IMG/VR virus record: IMGVR_UViG_3300011258_000941
Source of the DNA: an uncultured virus (IMG/VR IMGVR_UViG_3300011258_000941)
Lineage: Duplodnaviria > Heunggongvirae > Uroviricota > Caudoviricetes
Strand: one strand, 5' to 3'
Length of the DNA: 64,000 nt
Shown: one piece after another, positions 28,366 to 38,182 of the stretch
Position numbering within the stretch: the stretch's first letter is position 1
Layout: every line of letters begins with the position of its first letter
Program-made: the position numbers and the translations under genes
Notes under the pieces: generated by a model
Database searches by the model: none
What the model was told of the DNA's origin: nothing
Seen by the model: the letters and a program-made list of their open reading frames with translations, nothing else

Positions 28366-28767
28366 ATGAGCGCAACGAACAGTCGTATTCGGCGCGCTAT
28401 CCTTGACCTTTTGTGGGAGCATGGGCCGATGACCAAAGAAGAGGTTGCCGCTTGTCTTGGACAACATCGTGGTGTCGCACATATTCCTTCCCCGCATTCC
28501 CTATCGGCTCTATTGTGTAAATCTCACTCAATTATTGTTATCGGAAAAAAACAAGTGGAGAACATCGTCGGAGCGAAATCTAAACACGCTCTTTACGACA
28601 TTGACCGAGAGGTTGTTTTACACAAATCCGAAATCAAATACATTCGTGAACCTTCAACCATGACACCAAAAGAAAAAACTCTTTCTCTTAAATGTGAATG
28701 TGGGCGCACACGCATTTTCCCACCCAACAGTGATGAATGTTTGTCATGCGCCCGAACAGGCGTTTAG
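28366..28767 (+). CDS. Winged-helix regulator with C-terminal Zn ribbon
   Basis: AILDLLWEHGPMTKEEVA; CECG...CLSC. Confidence 0.75.
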   Translation: MSATNSRIRRAILDLLWEHGPMTKEEVAACLGQHRGVAHIPSPHSLSALLCKSHSIIVIGKKQVENIVGAKSKHALYDIDREVVLHKSEIKYIREPSTMTPKEKTLSLKCECGRTRIFPPNSDECLSCARTGV

Positions 28768-28790
28768 TCGCTACCGGAACCTTTATAAGC
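28762..28790 (+). promoter_or_regulatory. Promoter GTTTAGTCG-N12-TTATA
   Basis: Motif 28763, TTATAAG 28783. Confidence 0.8.
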
Positions 28791-28824
28791 CCTGCCGCCT
28801 ATTGGTATATAGAGGCAGAGAAAG

Positions 28825-29049
28825 ATGCGAGCGAAAACAGTACCCCATGTTGAATACGAAGTTTTGAAGGAAGTGTTGAATAACATTCCTTTGGAAGACC
28901 TACACGATGCTATGGTGGCTGACGAGACAAGCGAGAAGAGATTCAGTACCGGCGCAGGAAATGTAGCCAAACTGATTCGTAACCTTATGGTTCGTCGCCA
29001 ACACCGCTTGCCTCACGACCACGCCGAATACAAAGCAAAGGAGGAATGA
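28825..29049 (+). CDS. Hypothetical protein
   Basis: First gene after the motif promoter. Confidence 0.7.
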   Translation: MRAKTVPHVEYEVLKEVLNNIPLEDLHDAMVADETSEKRFSTGAGNVAKLIRNLMVRRQHRLPHDHAEYKAKEE

Positions 29050-29052
29050 AGA

Positions 29053-29298
29053 ATGATTGACACAGACAAATACGAAGGACATACACCTGCGCCGTGGGAT
29101 GGTATTCTTAGTGGTTACTTTACCATTGAGCAATTGAAAGGGATTGATAAGACCTTGATGCAAGACGCACCACTTCTCCTTGAAGAAGTCAAGCGGTTGC
29201 AGAAATACAAGCGGGCGTTTGACAGATTATACAAAATGGCTGACGCAGACCCCGATTGGAAAGAACTCACGGATGACATTTGGGAGATGGTTGAATGA
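29053..29298 (+). CDS. Hypothetical protein
   Basis: GAGG RBS; EGHTPAPW...DAPLLLEEVKRL. Confidence 0.7.
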   Translation: MIDTDKYEGHTPAPWDGILSGYFTIEQLKGIDKTLMQDAPLLLEEVKRLQKYKRAFDRLYKMADADPDWKELTDDIWEMVE

Positions 29299-29720
29299 CC
29301 GTCAAGAGAAGCCCATACCGAGTCGGACAAAAATTGTCCGTTGAACAATTCAAATCACAATCCCCACGATTTAACCACAAAGCCTTCCCAACAGGCACAG
29401 GTGGTTTTGTCGTAAAAGAAATTCACAAGACCAACCATGCAAGCGGCGGGTATTTGTTTACTGCCGAGTCGGTTCGTAATGTGGGTGGGGAGCGATTGAA
29501 GGCTTCGTGGATGGTGACATTCCCCTCCTTCGGACGAGCAACCGTCAAGACCGCTTACTACACCTCACTTCGCTTTTGGTCGGGTAATGGTTTCACAGAA
29601 AGCCAAGAAGAGAAACCTTTTAACCCCTCAATTGAAGCGTCAATCAGCGAGCAACGAAAACTTGTGGGTAGCGATGAACGACAACATAAGATGGTACTTG
29701 CTGACTTTTTGGAGGAATGA
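29295..29720 (+). CDS. Hypothetical protein
   Basis: ATGA-coupled. Confidence 0.65.
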   Translation: MTVKRSPYRVGQKLSVEQFKSQSPRFNHKAFPTGTGGFVVKEIHKTNHASGGYLFTAESVRNVGGERLKASWMVTFPSFGRATVKTAYYTSLRFWSGNGFTESQEEKPFNPSIEASISEQRKLVGSDERQHKMVLADFLEE

Positions 29721-29723
29721 AAA

Positions 29724-29948
29724 ATGACTACATATCTTGAATCCGTACTTGATGACCTCAAGTATCTTAACCGACTTAACCGCCATGAATTTTGCGAGTT
29801 ATTATTCCCTCAATCCGAAGAATACTACCAAAGGGAGAAGTGGGATTCTTGGACGGACAACCCACTTCATTTCCTATGGGGTTGTTCTTACGATAAGTTA
29901 GAAATCCTAATTGGTTACATCAATGAATGCAAAGGTGAGTCGGAATGA
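29724..29948 (+). CDS. Hypothetical protein
   Basis: GGAGG RBS. Confidence 0.65.
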   Translation: MTTYLESVLDDLKYLNRLNRHEFCELLFPQSEEYYQREKWDSWTDNPLHFLWGCSYDKLEILIGYINECKGESE

Positions 29949-30091
29949 AGAGAATAGCAATCACTTGTAAATCGTGTGAGCGAGGTGCTTTTTCGGTAAA
30001 ACTTGATATGTACGCTACAAAGAGAAATGAAATGGTTTTGACTTGTAATTACTGTGGTATCTGTTTGAAATTTAGAGTCGGTGATGAATGA
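29945..30091 (+). CDS. Zn-ribbon microprotein (48 aa)
   Basis: CKSC...CNYC, coupled at both ends. Confidence 0.6.
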   Translation: MKRIAITCKSCERGAFSVKLDMYATKRNEMVLTCNYCGICLKFRVGDE

Positions 30092-30237
30092 TGGGTAGAG
30101 TCTCTCGTTATTTTGCGCTAAAAGTATTGCGTAACAAAGGTTTGAAACTGTGTTCTCTATGTGATGAAGAAGTGATTTCAACACAGGAACATTCGTGTAT
30201 CTATTGTGAAATGTCGGCCAAGTGGGGTGTTGTTTGA
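30088..30237 (+). CDS. Zn-ribbon microprotein (49 aa)
   Basis: CSLC...CIYC; stop overlaps the RFC start. Confidence 0.55.
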   Translation: MMGRVSRYFALKVLRNKGLKLCSLCDEEVISTQEHSCIYCEMSAKWGVV

Positions 30238-31139
30238 TGATTTGGGCTAATGAATACAGACCTACTTCCCTTAACGCCATCGTCGGACAGGATGCCCTCG
30301 TTGCCGAGTTAATGCAAATCGTCGTCGGTGAAATGCCGATGCAACACTACATTTTCTATTCCCCCGAAGCCGGTACGGGAAAAACATCTGTTGCTAATTC
30401 CCTTGCCTCCGACTTGGGTTATCAATTGGTTGTGTTTAACGCTTCATCCAAGCGTGAGCGAGGAATTGAATTTGTTGAAGACACAATCATTCCCATGACC
30501 CGAAGTGGTATTAAGGAAAGAATCTTTTTGCTTGACGAGGCCGACCAATTGACCGATGCCGCACAGTCGGCACTGAAAGGTGTTATTGAAAACGCCAATG
30601 GTTACTTTATCCTTACTTGTAATCGTTTACCAAAGGTTTCCCGTTGGCTTCAATCACGGTGTCAAGTACGAACCTTCAACCCTATTCCTCATGGTGACAT
30701 GGTGAATCAATTGACAAAGATAGCCGTTGATAACACTCCCGAAATTTCCAAAGCATCGGTTAATGTTATCGCAAAAGCACATCAAGGTGATTTGCGAAAC
30801 GCCATAGGTGCGTTACAGACTTACTGTAACATGAAAGGTCGGGATGCCGAAATGTTCCTTGATTCTCTCACCGCGCCAAGCATTGATTTCAAAAGATTCT
30901 TGCGACTTTGTTTCGTTGAGAAGTCCTACGAAGATGCAGTCAAAATTTTCAAGGGAGAAGTCCGTCACCAAGTCCGTGACTGTTTTTCTTTTGCCGTAAA
31001 AGGAAGTGCGAATACTGATTCCAAGATGCAAGTTATTGAAGCCGCAATCACGGCTGAAAGAGACTTGATGAATGGTGTTGATGAAGAAGTGGTACGCCAT
31101 AACTTCGTTAGAATGTTGGTCAGTGGGGGCCAACAATAA
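30237..31139 (+). CDS. rfcS: Replication factor C small subunit (clamp loader)
   Basis: WANEYRP..L..IVGQ, GTGKTS, NASS, LDEAD, LQSRC, GDLRNAI. Confidence 0.92.
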   Translation: MIWANEYRPTSLNAIVGQDALVAELMQIVVGEMPMQHYIFYSPEAGTGKTSVANSLASDLGYQLVVFNASSKRERGIEFVEDTIIPMTRSGIKERIFLLDEADQLTDAAQSALKGVIENANGYFILTCNRLPKVSRWLQSRCQVRTFNPIPHGDMVNQLTKIAVDNTPEISKASVNVIAKAHQGDLRNAIGALQTYCNMKGRDAEMFLDSLTAPSIDFKRFLRLCFVEKSYEDAVKIFKGEVRHQVRDCFSFAVKGSANTDSKMQVIEAAITAERDLMNGVDEEVVRHNFVRMLVSGGQQ

Positions 31140-31187
31140 CCTTTATAACCCCTCAAGAAGACGACAAAATACACAGGAAATGATACA

Positions 31188-32420
31188 ATGGTAGCATACG
31201 AAGAAATGTTGAAGAAGGTGGCCTCACAGGTCAAAGCAGACGAAAGCGCACTTGCGGCAAAGGCCGACTTGGTACTCTCCCAAGAGGGTGCAGGTTGGGA
31301 AGCCGCCGGTAAGAATGAAGAACAACGAAAGACACTTGCCCTCCGTGTGGCGGCTCGTCAATTGGTTGCTGAAAAGGCTAAACTATCCCGAAGCGGTGCT
31401 ACGGCATACGAGGGAATGTTTGTTCATGTTCCACGAGAAAAGGATTGGGCTAAGATGGCTTACAACAAGATGAAGAAAACTCTATCCGCTATGCCGGACA
31501 TGGAGGCTCGTCTTGCTCTTGTCTCTCAAGGTGCTGTCGTTCTTTACGAGAACAACCATGACGGTACTTACACTCGTCACGCCAACCCATCTTTGCTCAA
31601 CCGTCAATCGTTTGAAGAAGGTATTTCGTCCACCGAAATTTCCTCAGTCCCACCACGACAAATTGAATTGGATGCTAACACGATGTTCTCTTTAATTTGG
31701 GATAAAGATAATATGCACTTCGCTAACGGTAATGACAATTTCAAGTACGGTTCAAACCGCCCACTTGAAGAACCCGACCGTTCTTGTTTGTTCATCGGAC
31801 GCAAAGCCGGAACCAACGATGCTCCTTCCATGCACGATTTCCGTTTCAATGGTGCTTTGGCTAAAGAGTCATGGCCTACCTTTGTCACCGGAACCATCGG
31901 TATGAAACCCGCTAACCGTGAAGGAATGGCTTACGGTACGAAGGTCACTGCTTTCTCCGCCGATGCTAACTTGTCCGGTATTTTCTCCGGCCCACCTCTC
32001 GCCATGAGCGACGATGGCCCAAGCGGTATTGTTGCTGATTGGCTCGGTGCTACCTTGCTCCCCTCTCTCTCGGAATGTCACACCGCATATGCGGCTCTCG
32101 GTGACAAAGAGAAGTGGAATACTGTTTTCGGTACTGTTGTTGAAGTGGTTCACATTGACCCACGAGACAAGGGCGGCTTCGTTATTACTCTCGGAGACAC
32201 GGATATTATGTCCGACGCTCCACCCATTGAATTGTATGTTTCCGCTAAAGAAGAAGGTGAAGTGGATTTCGGCGTTGGTTCGGAATTGCTCGTCATCGGC
32301 TCTCCGTGGATGACTCGTGATGGTGAGGCTCGCTTCATGTCATCCGCTTGGTGGTGCATGAACGGTATTGAATTGCTCTCCGACATACCATCCGAAGATG
32401 GTGACGGATGGGACGCTTGA
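31188..32420 (+). CDS. RPA-like single-stranded DNA-binding protein
   Basis: OB-like beta segments, acidic tail SEDGDGWDA, position in the replication module. Confidence 0.6.
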   Translation: MVAYEEMLKKVASQVKADESALAAKADLVLSQEGAGWEAAGKNEEQRKTLALRVAARQLVAEKAKLSRSGATAYEGMFVHVPREKDWAKMAYNKMKKTLSAMPDMEARLALVSQGAVVLYENNHDGTYTRHANPSLLNRQSFEEGISSTEISSVPPRQIELDANTMFSLIWDKDNMHFANGNDNFKYGSNRPLEEPDRSCLFIGRKAGTNDAPSMHDFRFNGALAKESWPTFVTGTIGMKPANREGMAYGTKVTAFSADANLSGIFSGPPLAMSDDGPSGIVADWLGATLLPSLSECHTAYAALGDKEKWNTVFGTVVEVVHIDPRDKGGFVITLGDTDIMSDAPPIELYVSAKEEGEVDFGVGSELLVIGSPWMTRDGEARFMSSAWWCMNGIELLSDIPSEDGDGWDA

Positions 32421-32440
32421 TTCTTTAGGGGGAATACTAC

Positions 32441-33964
32441 TTGGAAGACAATGTGATTCACGGAAAGGGTGCTAAGAAGGCGTTGCTAAAAGCAATTAAC
32501 CTTGTTGGTGATTCCGTCATAGGTACTCTTGGCCCTAATGCGAGAACAGTCCTTGTTCAACATGAAGGTCATCCTCCATCCGTTCTCAACGATGGTGTCA
32601 AAATTGTATCTTCTATCCGTTCATCCGACCCTGCCGTTCAAGTGGGAATTGAATTGTTTAGGCAGGTCGCTCTTGAGGCTCAACAGGCTTCGGGCGACGG
32701 GACGACGACCGCCACGCTTATTGCTCAAGCACTGTGCGAGCATTATATCAATTCGGAAGACCCTGTAAATGATGCCGAGGATTTGAAAACCTTTCTAAAA
32801 ATTGCCGTGGAAGACTTGAACAAGTTATCAACTCCTATTGATATGGACGACGATGAATTGGTTCAGTTAGAAGCAGTGGCTACAATCGCCGCTAACAACG
32901 ACAAGGAATTAGGCGTACTCATAACCGATATGTTCCAAACAATCGGTGCTGATGGCCTCGTCAATCTAAAGGTTGGTTCGGAAGAGTATTGTTATTGGGA
33001 AAGTGTTTCGGGAAGTGAAATGCCCTCACCTTATGTTTCTCCTATGATGTGTAATACAAACAAGAGAACATTTGAACAGGACAACCCACTTTTTATTATC
33101 ACAAAAGAAGTTATTGAAGACTTTGATGACTTGACACCTGCTCTTGAGGTAGCCATTGAAAACGGTCGCCCTCTCGTTATCATTTGTCAAGACATAAAGG
33201 GTGTCGCTCTATCTAATTTAATCGCAAATGTAGTGGGTGGTGTTGTGAATGCTTGTGCAATTCGCATCCCTCGTAACGACTCCGATGAATGGTTTGAGGA
33301 TTTGAACGCTCTTGTCGGTGGTAAGATTTTCTTTTCAAGTGAAAAGGGAACAGGTATCGCTAACGCCGTTGCCGGTGAAGGACAATTCGGTTCGGCTGAA
33401 CGCATCGTCGTCGGTCAAGACACGACAGTTATTGTTGCGGGAAAGAAAGGTGACGAATTAAAAAGTCACCTTGTCGGATTGAAAGAACAGGCTGAATCGG
33501 CTACTCATCCATTTTTACAGGAAAAGTTATTGACCCGTCATGCTCGTTTGGATAGCAACATGGCTTCAATTTACATCGGTGGTTTCTCCGAAGCGGAAAT
33601 CCGTGAAACAAGAGAACGGGTTGATGATGCAGTGAACGCAACACGCCTCGCCATCAAAAACGGCGTACTCGTTGGTGGTGGATGGTCACTATACCATGTA
33701 GCACAAAGCACTCTCTTTGACGAATCCTTTAGACACGCATTAGAAACACCGATGCGTACTCTTCGTGAGAACGGCAGTGGTTATGTATCAAACGGCGTGG
33801 GTTGGGAAAACCATTACCTCAATACTAAAACGGGAGAATTAGAAGAAGTGGCTAACGCTACCGTTCTTGACCCGACAAGTGTTGTTATCAATTCCTTGAA
33901 GGCGGCGGTGTCAATCGCTCGCCTCATGCTATTGACGGACACAATCATTCTAACAGGGGAATAA
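32441..33964 (+). CDS. groEL: Chaperonin, group I (GroEL)-like
   Basis: TLGP, NDGV, GDGTTTAT, RPLVII, YIGGFSEAEIRETRERVDDAVNATR, VGGG, VLDP. Confidence 0.9.
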   Translation: MEDNVIHGKGAKKALLKAINLVGDSVIGTLGPNARTVLVQHEGHPPSVLNDGVKIVSSIRSSDPAVQVGIELFRQVALEAQQASGDGTTTATLIAQALCEHYINSEDPVNDAEDLKTFLKIAVEDLNKLSTPIDMDDDELVQLEAVATIAANNDKELGVLITDMFQTIGADGLVNLKVGSEEYCYWESVSGSEMPSPYVSPMMCNTNKRTFEQDNPLFIITKEVIEDFDDLTPALEVAIENGRPLVIICQDIKGVALSNLIANVVGGVVNACAIRIPRNDSDEWFEDLNALVGGKIFFSSEKGTGIANAVAGEGQFGSAERIVVGQDTTVIVAGKKGDELKSHLVGLKEQAESATHPFLQEKLLTRHARLDSNMASIYIGGFSEAEIRETRERVDDAVNATRLAIKNGVLVGGGWSLYHVAQSTLFDESFRHALETPMRTLRENGSGYVSNGVGWENHYLNTKTGELEEVANATVLDPTSVVINSLKAAVSIARLMLLTDTIILTGE

Positions 33965-33998
33965 GAACCCTTATAAGGCTACAAAAGGAGACAATAAT

Positions 33999-34928
33999 AT
34001 GAGCAATTGGGGAAAGACCACAACAGAAGCGAGCGTCAAGAAGACGGGATTTGACAAAGAATACTACATGAATCAATTCAAGAACAACACGGCACAGTCC
34101 GTACCTGTTCGTATGGCTCTCGTAGCCAAAGAGAATTGTGCTAAGACAGGTCTTGCGATTTCTCTTTGCCGACAAGTTAAATCTACCGGAAAAATATATG
34201 TCTTTGATGTTGATAACTCCGCAAAGGCTACCATTGAAGCGGCTTACCCCGATGATAAAGAAATTATCGTACTACCTTTACTTGACGAAAGGGACGATTC
34301 AATCTTCAATGAAGACTCAAGCGTAAATTATGCGGCTCTCGTGGACAAGATGAATTTCTATGTCAATATCGTGGCTGATGTTACTAAGGATGAAGAGGTT
34401 GCCGGTATCGTCTTTGACGGTGGCTCAACCTTCCTCAAGTGGTGCGAGTTTGCTATGACTGATGTATTACTTCGTCGTGGTGTTATCAAGGAAGAAGGTG
34501 ACGGGTTCTCACAGAAAGAATGGCGTACTCGTAACCAATTGAACCGAGGTGTTCTAACACGCCTACACGGACTTCCCGTACCATGCGTCTTCTTTACTTT
34601 TCACCTAAAAGATGTTAGTAATTATGTGGACAACGGTTCCGGTGGTAAAGTCTTGATGAAGATTGGAGAACGCCCCGAATGGGACAAGGGTACTATGCGC
34701 TTGTTCTCCCAACAGATTTTCCTATCACGCTACATGAAGAAGGCCGATGCCGCCGCAGGTGTCAAGGCTGACCCTACGCTCAAGAATGCTGATGATTGGG
34801 TCGTCAAGGGGATGATTGAAGAAATCAAGGGTAAGTATATGGAAAGGGTCGGGGAGACTCACACTGTTCTATCTATCATTAAAGGCGAAGTAAAGTGGGA
34901 CGGACTACCGTTCTTGACATGGGGTTGA
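33999..34928 (+). CDS. RecA-fold ATPase (Sak4/AAA_24- or RadA-like recombinase)
   Basis: Degenerate Walker A AKENCAKT, YVFDVD, Walker B GIVFDG. Confidence 0.65.
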   Translation: MSNWGKTTTEASVKKTGFDKEYYMNQFKNNTAQSVPVRMALVAKENCAKTGLAISLCRQVKSTGKIYVFDVDNSAKATIEAAYPDDKEIIVLPLLDERDDSIFNEDSSVNYAALVDKMNFYVNIVADVTKDEEVAGIVFDGGSTFLKWCEFAMTDVLLRRGVIKEEGDGFSQKEWRTRNQLNRGVLTRLHGLPVPCVFFTFHLKDVSNYVDNGSGGKVLMKIGERPEWDKGTMRLFSQQIFLSRYMKKADAAAGVKADPTLKNADDWVVKGMIEEIKGKYMERVGETHTVLSIIKGEVKWDGLPFLTWG

Positions 34929-34932
34929 TTGA

Positions 34933-35238
34933 ATGGGTATTTACACAGGACACAACCCTTCATCCCAAGATGAAATAGATAATATGACTGACGCTGAATT
35001 GGCTGACCACCTCGGAGTACCCGAAGCGGTTGAAGACAATGCTGAATGGTGTTGCGATTGCTTCCCTCGCCTTGCGAAACTTGTTCTTGAATTGCAGTCC
35101 CGTATCGCTGACCTTGAAACAGTCGTTGATGAAATCCCTAACATGGGAGCATTGTTCGGTGCGGTACAAGAATTGCAGGAGCAACACGAAGCACCCGCCA
35201 ACACATTCACACACTACATTGGAGGGGCAAGAGTATGA
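34933..35238 (+). CDS. Hypothetical coiled-coil protein
   Basis: Coupled ORF. Confidence 0.6.
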   Translation: MGIYTGHNPSSQDEIDNMTDAELADHLGVPEAVEDNAEWCCDCFPRLAKLVLELQSRIADLETVVDEIPNMGALFGAVQELQEQHEAPANTFTHYIGGARV

Positions 35239-36053
35239 AGGTAAAAATAAGTAACACGGAATTGAAAAGAATGCTCAACATTAGTAAGCGCAAGCAAACG
35301 GTGAATGGTAAACAACAGGCACAGGTTGAATCGTGCGTCTTACTCGTTGATTTGCATGACGCTCGCATCACGAGTCTTACTCGTGATTTGACGGGACTTA
35401 CCGGCGTTGTCGCTCAATGCGAATCCGATAAATCATTCCTAATACCAATCCCCGACATTGATAGGGTTCTCGGAGTTATCGCTTTACACGGCGAGGTTCT
35501 AACTATTACTTATGGTGAAAACAAATTGTTGTTCAAGTCGGCAGGGAAAAGAACAACCCTTGACGCTTCTCTTGAGGCAAAGGCTTTCACCCACACCCAA
35601 GAAACTATTTCCGAGTTTTATGACAAGTCAATGAGTCTTGCCGTAAAAGTAGATGCGGAGAATGGTGTCTATCATGGAAATGACGGGAATGAGTACCCTG
35701 CCTTCTCTTCTTTTGAAGTCAATGTAAGGGACTTGTATGACGCTTGCCGATGCGACACCATCAACGGCCAACGACTCAACCGATACACGCTTGAGATGAG
35801 GGTCAATGGTTTCTATGTCACCGTTGGCGACCCTTCTCTTGGACAAACTGAGAGCAAGGTTGATGTTGAAACAACATTCCTATTCAACGACTTCAAGTGG
35901 GACTTTGACGGTGGGCTTGATGAATTATTCAAAGGTTTTACCGGCAAAGTAAAACTTAACTTTTTTGACTTCCGAGAACATGGACAAGGAATCCGCTTCT
36001 CCGCATCCTTTGGGAACGGAGAGTACGCATTCCAATCCGGTATGCTCGGTTGA
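35235..36053 (+). CDS. Sliding clamp (PCNA-like)
   Basis: 272 aa, repeated beta-alpha-beta pattern (MKVKISNTELKRML; FEVNVRDLYDAC), near RFC and PolB. Confidence 0.6.
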   Translation: MKVKISNTELKRMLNISKRKQTVNGKQQAQVESCVLLVDLHDARITSLTRDLTGLTGVVAQCESDKSFLIPIPDIDRVLGVIALHGEVLTITYGENKLLFKSAGKRTTLDASLEAKAFTHTQETISEFYDKSMSLAVKVDAENGVYHGNDGNEYPAFSSFEVNVRDLYDACRCDTINGQRLNRYTLEMRVNGFYVTVGDPSLGQTESKVDVETTFLFNDFKWDFDGGLDELFKGFTGKVKLNFFDFREHGQGIRFSASFGNGEYAFQSGMLG

Positions 36054-36190
36054 ACAACACACATGGGGGTTTCCGTAAATGAAAAAGATACAAAGCATTT
36101 TTTCTGTCTTCCTCCGCAGACTCGGTGATGGGGGTTCGGTTTCTCCCTCTCGTATCTTCCCCCGCCTGTGTTGTTTTGAGGTGGTTGTAA

Positions 36191-36523
36191 ATGACTAAAG
36201 CCATGCCTGTTAGAAATGGTATGTTAAAAATACTTTCATACGAAGAAACTCAAGTCTTGATTGATAGATTAGGGCCAAAGGTTTCTCATCGTCGTCTTTA
36301 CATCAAATTGGCTTGTCTTGCCGTATTGAAATACGATGCCGAAGGGCGTTACTTGAACGCAAGCCAAATATCGGAATTGGGTTCAAAGTATCTTGCTAAA
36401 ACTGTTGGTTTAACGGGACAAACCGTTGGTACTGTGTTGGGCATCCTTAGCCGTTATGGGGTAGTGAGTCGTTCTTACAACCGACCTCATATGTATTGGT
36501 GGAGAGAGCAAGATGAAGATTGA
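36191..36523 (+). CDS. Winged-helix DNA-binding protein
   Basis: YLNASQISEL...TGQTVGTVLGILSRYGVV. Confidence 0.65.
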   Translation: MTKAMPVRNGMLKILSYEETQVLIDRLGPKVSHRRLYIKLACLAVLKYDAEGRYLNASQISELGSKYLAKTVGLTGQTVGTVLGILSRYGVVSRSYNRPHMYWWREQDED

Positions 36524-37667
36524 CATACTTAATGGTGATTGCTTAGATATGATGGCGACCCTACCCGATGAATCGGTGGATATGTGCGTCACTTCTCCCC
36601 CCTATTGGGGTCTTCGTGACTACGGGGGCGACGGCAGGGTTTGGGGTAATCACCTTTGTATTAGAGATGATGATACTTATGTTAATCACGAATGGGAAGG
36701 GTACACACGACCAAGTGAAAATACTCGTAAAAATAATAATTCACTTCAATTGAAATCGGCTTATTGGAAGCCGCAAGAACAGGCTTTCTGTAAGCACTGT
36801 GATTCTTGGTTCGGTCAATTAGGACTTGAACCTACACCCGAACAATATGTCAAAAACATGGTTGAGATTTTCTCCGAAGTCAAGCGCGTACTGAAACCCG
36901 AAGGTACGCTATGGCTCAATCTTGGCGACTCCTATTGTGCGGGTTCAAGAAAGACAAGTACCCCTCAAAGTATGCACGATGGAGAAGAAAGAAATTTACC
37001 TCAAAAGCAAAGAAATCAAGCATCCGGTGATTTGAAGGGCAAGGATTTGGTAGGTATTCCGTGGATGGTTGCCTTCGCTTTAAGAGCCGATGGGTGGTAT
37101 TTGCGACAAGATATTATTTGGGCTAAACCTAACTGTATGCCCGAATCTGTCAAAGACCGTTGTACTAAGAATCACGAATACATCTTCCTTTTGTCAAAGA
37201 GCAAAGATTACTTTTACGACAATGAAGCCATCAAGGAAGATACTGTAACTAAAGCCGACAAAAATAAATCGGCATTCACATATGCTGACAATGAAGATTG
37301 GGCTAAAGATAAAGACGCTTCACGAATCAGCAAGGCTAAAGGTATTGCCGAAGCCCGTACTAAGAATTACGCTAAAAGAAATAAGCGTAGTGTTTGGTGG
37401 GTCGGGCCTAAACCGTTTCCCGAAGCCCACTTTGCCGTATTCCCCATTGAATTGATTGAGCCTTGCATCCTTGCGGGTTCTCCTGTCGGTGGTACTGTTC
37501 TTGACCCCTTCGGTGGTTCGGGAACCACAGGTATCGTCGCCATCAAGCATGGTCGGAATGCTATTCTAACAGAATTAAGCGAAAAGTATGTTGAGATTGC
37601 GGAGGCGAGAATTGCATCCTTTCGTGCTGAAACAGGGATGGATAAAGAGGCAGTGGAATGGCTATGA
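36513..37667 (+). CDS. Beta-class N4-cytosine/N6-adenine DNA methyltransferase (SPPY)
   Basis: TSPPYW, WAKPN, HFAVFP, DPFGGSGTT. Confidence 0.92.
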   Translation: MKIDILNGDCLDMMATLPDESVDMCVTSPPYWGLRDYGGDGRVWGNHLCIRDDDTYVNHEWEGYTRPSENTRKNNNSLQLKSAYWKPQEQAFCKHCDSWFGQLGLEPTPEQYVKNMVEIFSEVKRVLKPEGTLWLNLGDSYCAGSRKTSTPQSMHDGEERNLPQKQRNQASGDLKGKDLVGIPWMVAFALRADGWYLRQDIIWAKPNCMPESVKDRCTKNHEYIFLLSKSKDYFYDNEAIKEDTVTKADKNKSAFTYADNEDWAKDKDASRISKAKGIAEARTKNYAKRNKRSVWWVGPKPFPEAHFAVFPIELIEPCILAGSPVGGTVLDPFGGSGTTGIVAIKHGRNAILTELSEKYVEIAEARIASFRAETGMDKEAVEWL

Positions 37668-37804
37668 GTAGGACTCCACGCAAATGTCTTAGAAAGTGTA
37701 CCGGATGCGGTCGTGAAATGTTCACAAGTACGAATAATCATAAGATACGGATTGATGGGAAGCGCATTCAGTGTGGTATTTTTAGGGTAAACGATAAGGA
37801 CTGA
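37664..37804 (+). CDS. Zn-finger microprotein (46 aa), paralog of 5813-5959
   Basis: RKCTGCG...H...QCG.FRV. Confidence 0.6.
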   Translation: MSRTPRKCLRKCTGCGREMFTSTNNHKIRIDGKRIQCGIFRVNDKD

Positions 37805-37845
37805 CTATCAATGGTTTTATATGCCTTGCATTCGTGGTTCATGAC

Positions 37846-38151
37846 ATGGTAAAGGTACTTGACCCCAACACAGGCGAAATGATAACAATTGCGGAGCCTA
37901 AATTTAACGAAGAAGGGAAGCAACGGTTTGAAGTTATTTCCGGCAACGATGTTTTGGTTGCGGAAGTAAAGTATTGGATTAAGCCTAATAAAAGAATGTA
38001 CCATGACAAAGATTGGTTGCATGAAGAATATGTTGTCAAGGGTCGCACTATGGCTGACATAGCCAACCAATTCAGTATCACCCCAATGAGTATTCATCAA
38101 TGGCTCGGCAAGCACGATATTGCTACCCGTAGCCGTGGTCGTCGTAAGTAA
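37846..38151 (+). CDS. HTH protein
   Basis: YHDKDWLHEEYVVKGRTMADIANQFSITPMSIHQWL. Confidence 0.75.
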   Translation: MVKVLDPNTGEMITIAEPKFNEEGKQRFEVISGNDVLVAEVKYWIKPNKRMYHDKDWLHEEYVVKGRTMADIANQFSITPMSIHQWLGKHDIATRSRGRRK

Positions 38152-38182
38152 CCTTTATATTCCTCCAACCGTAGGGGTAAAT

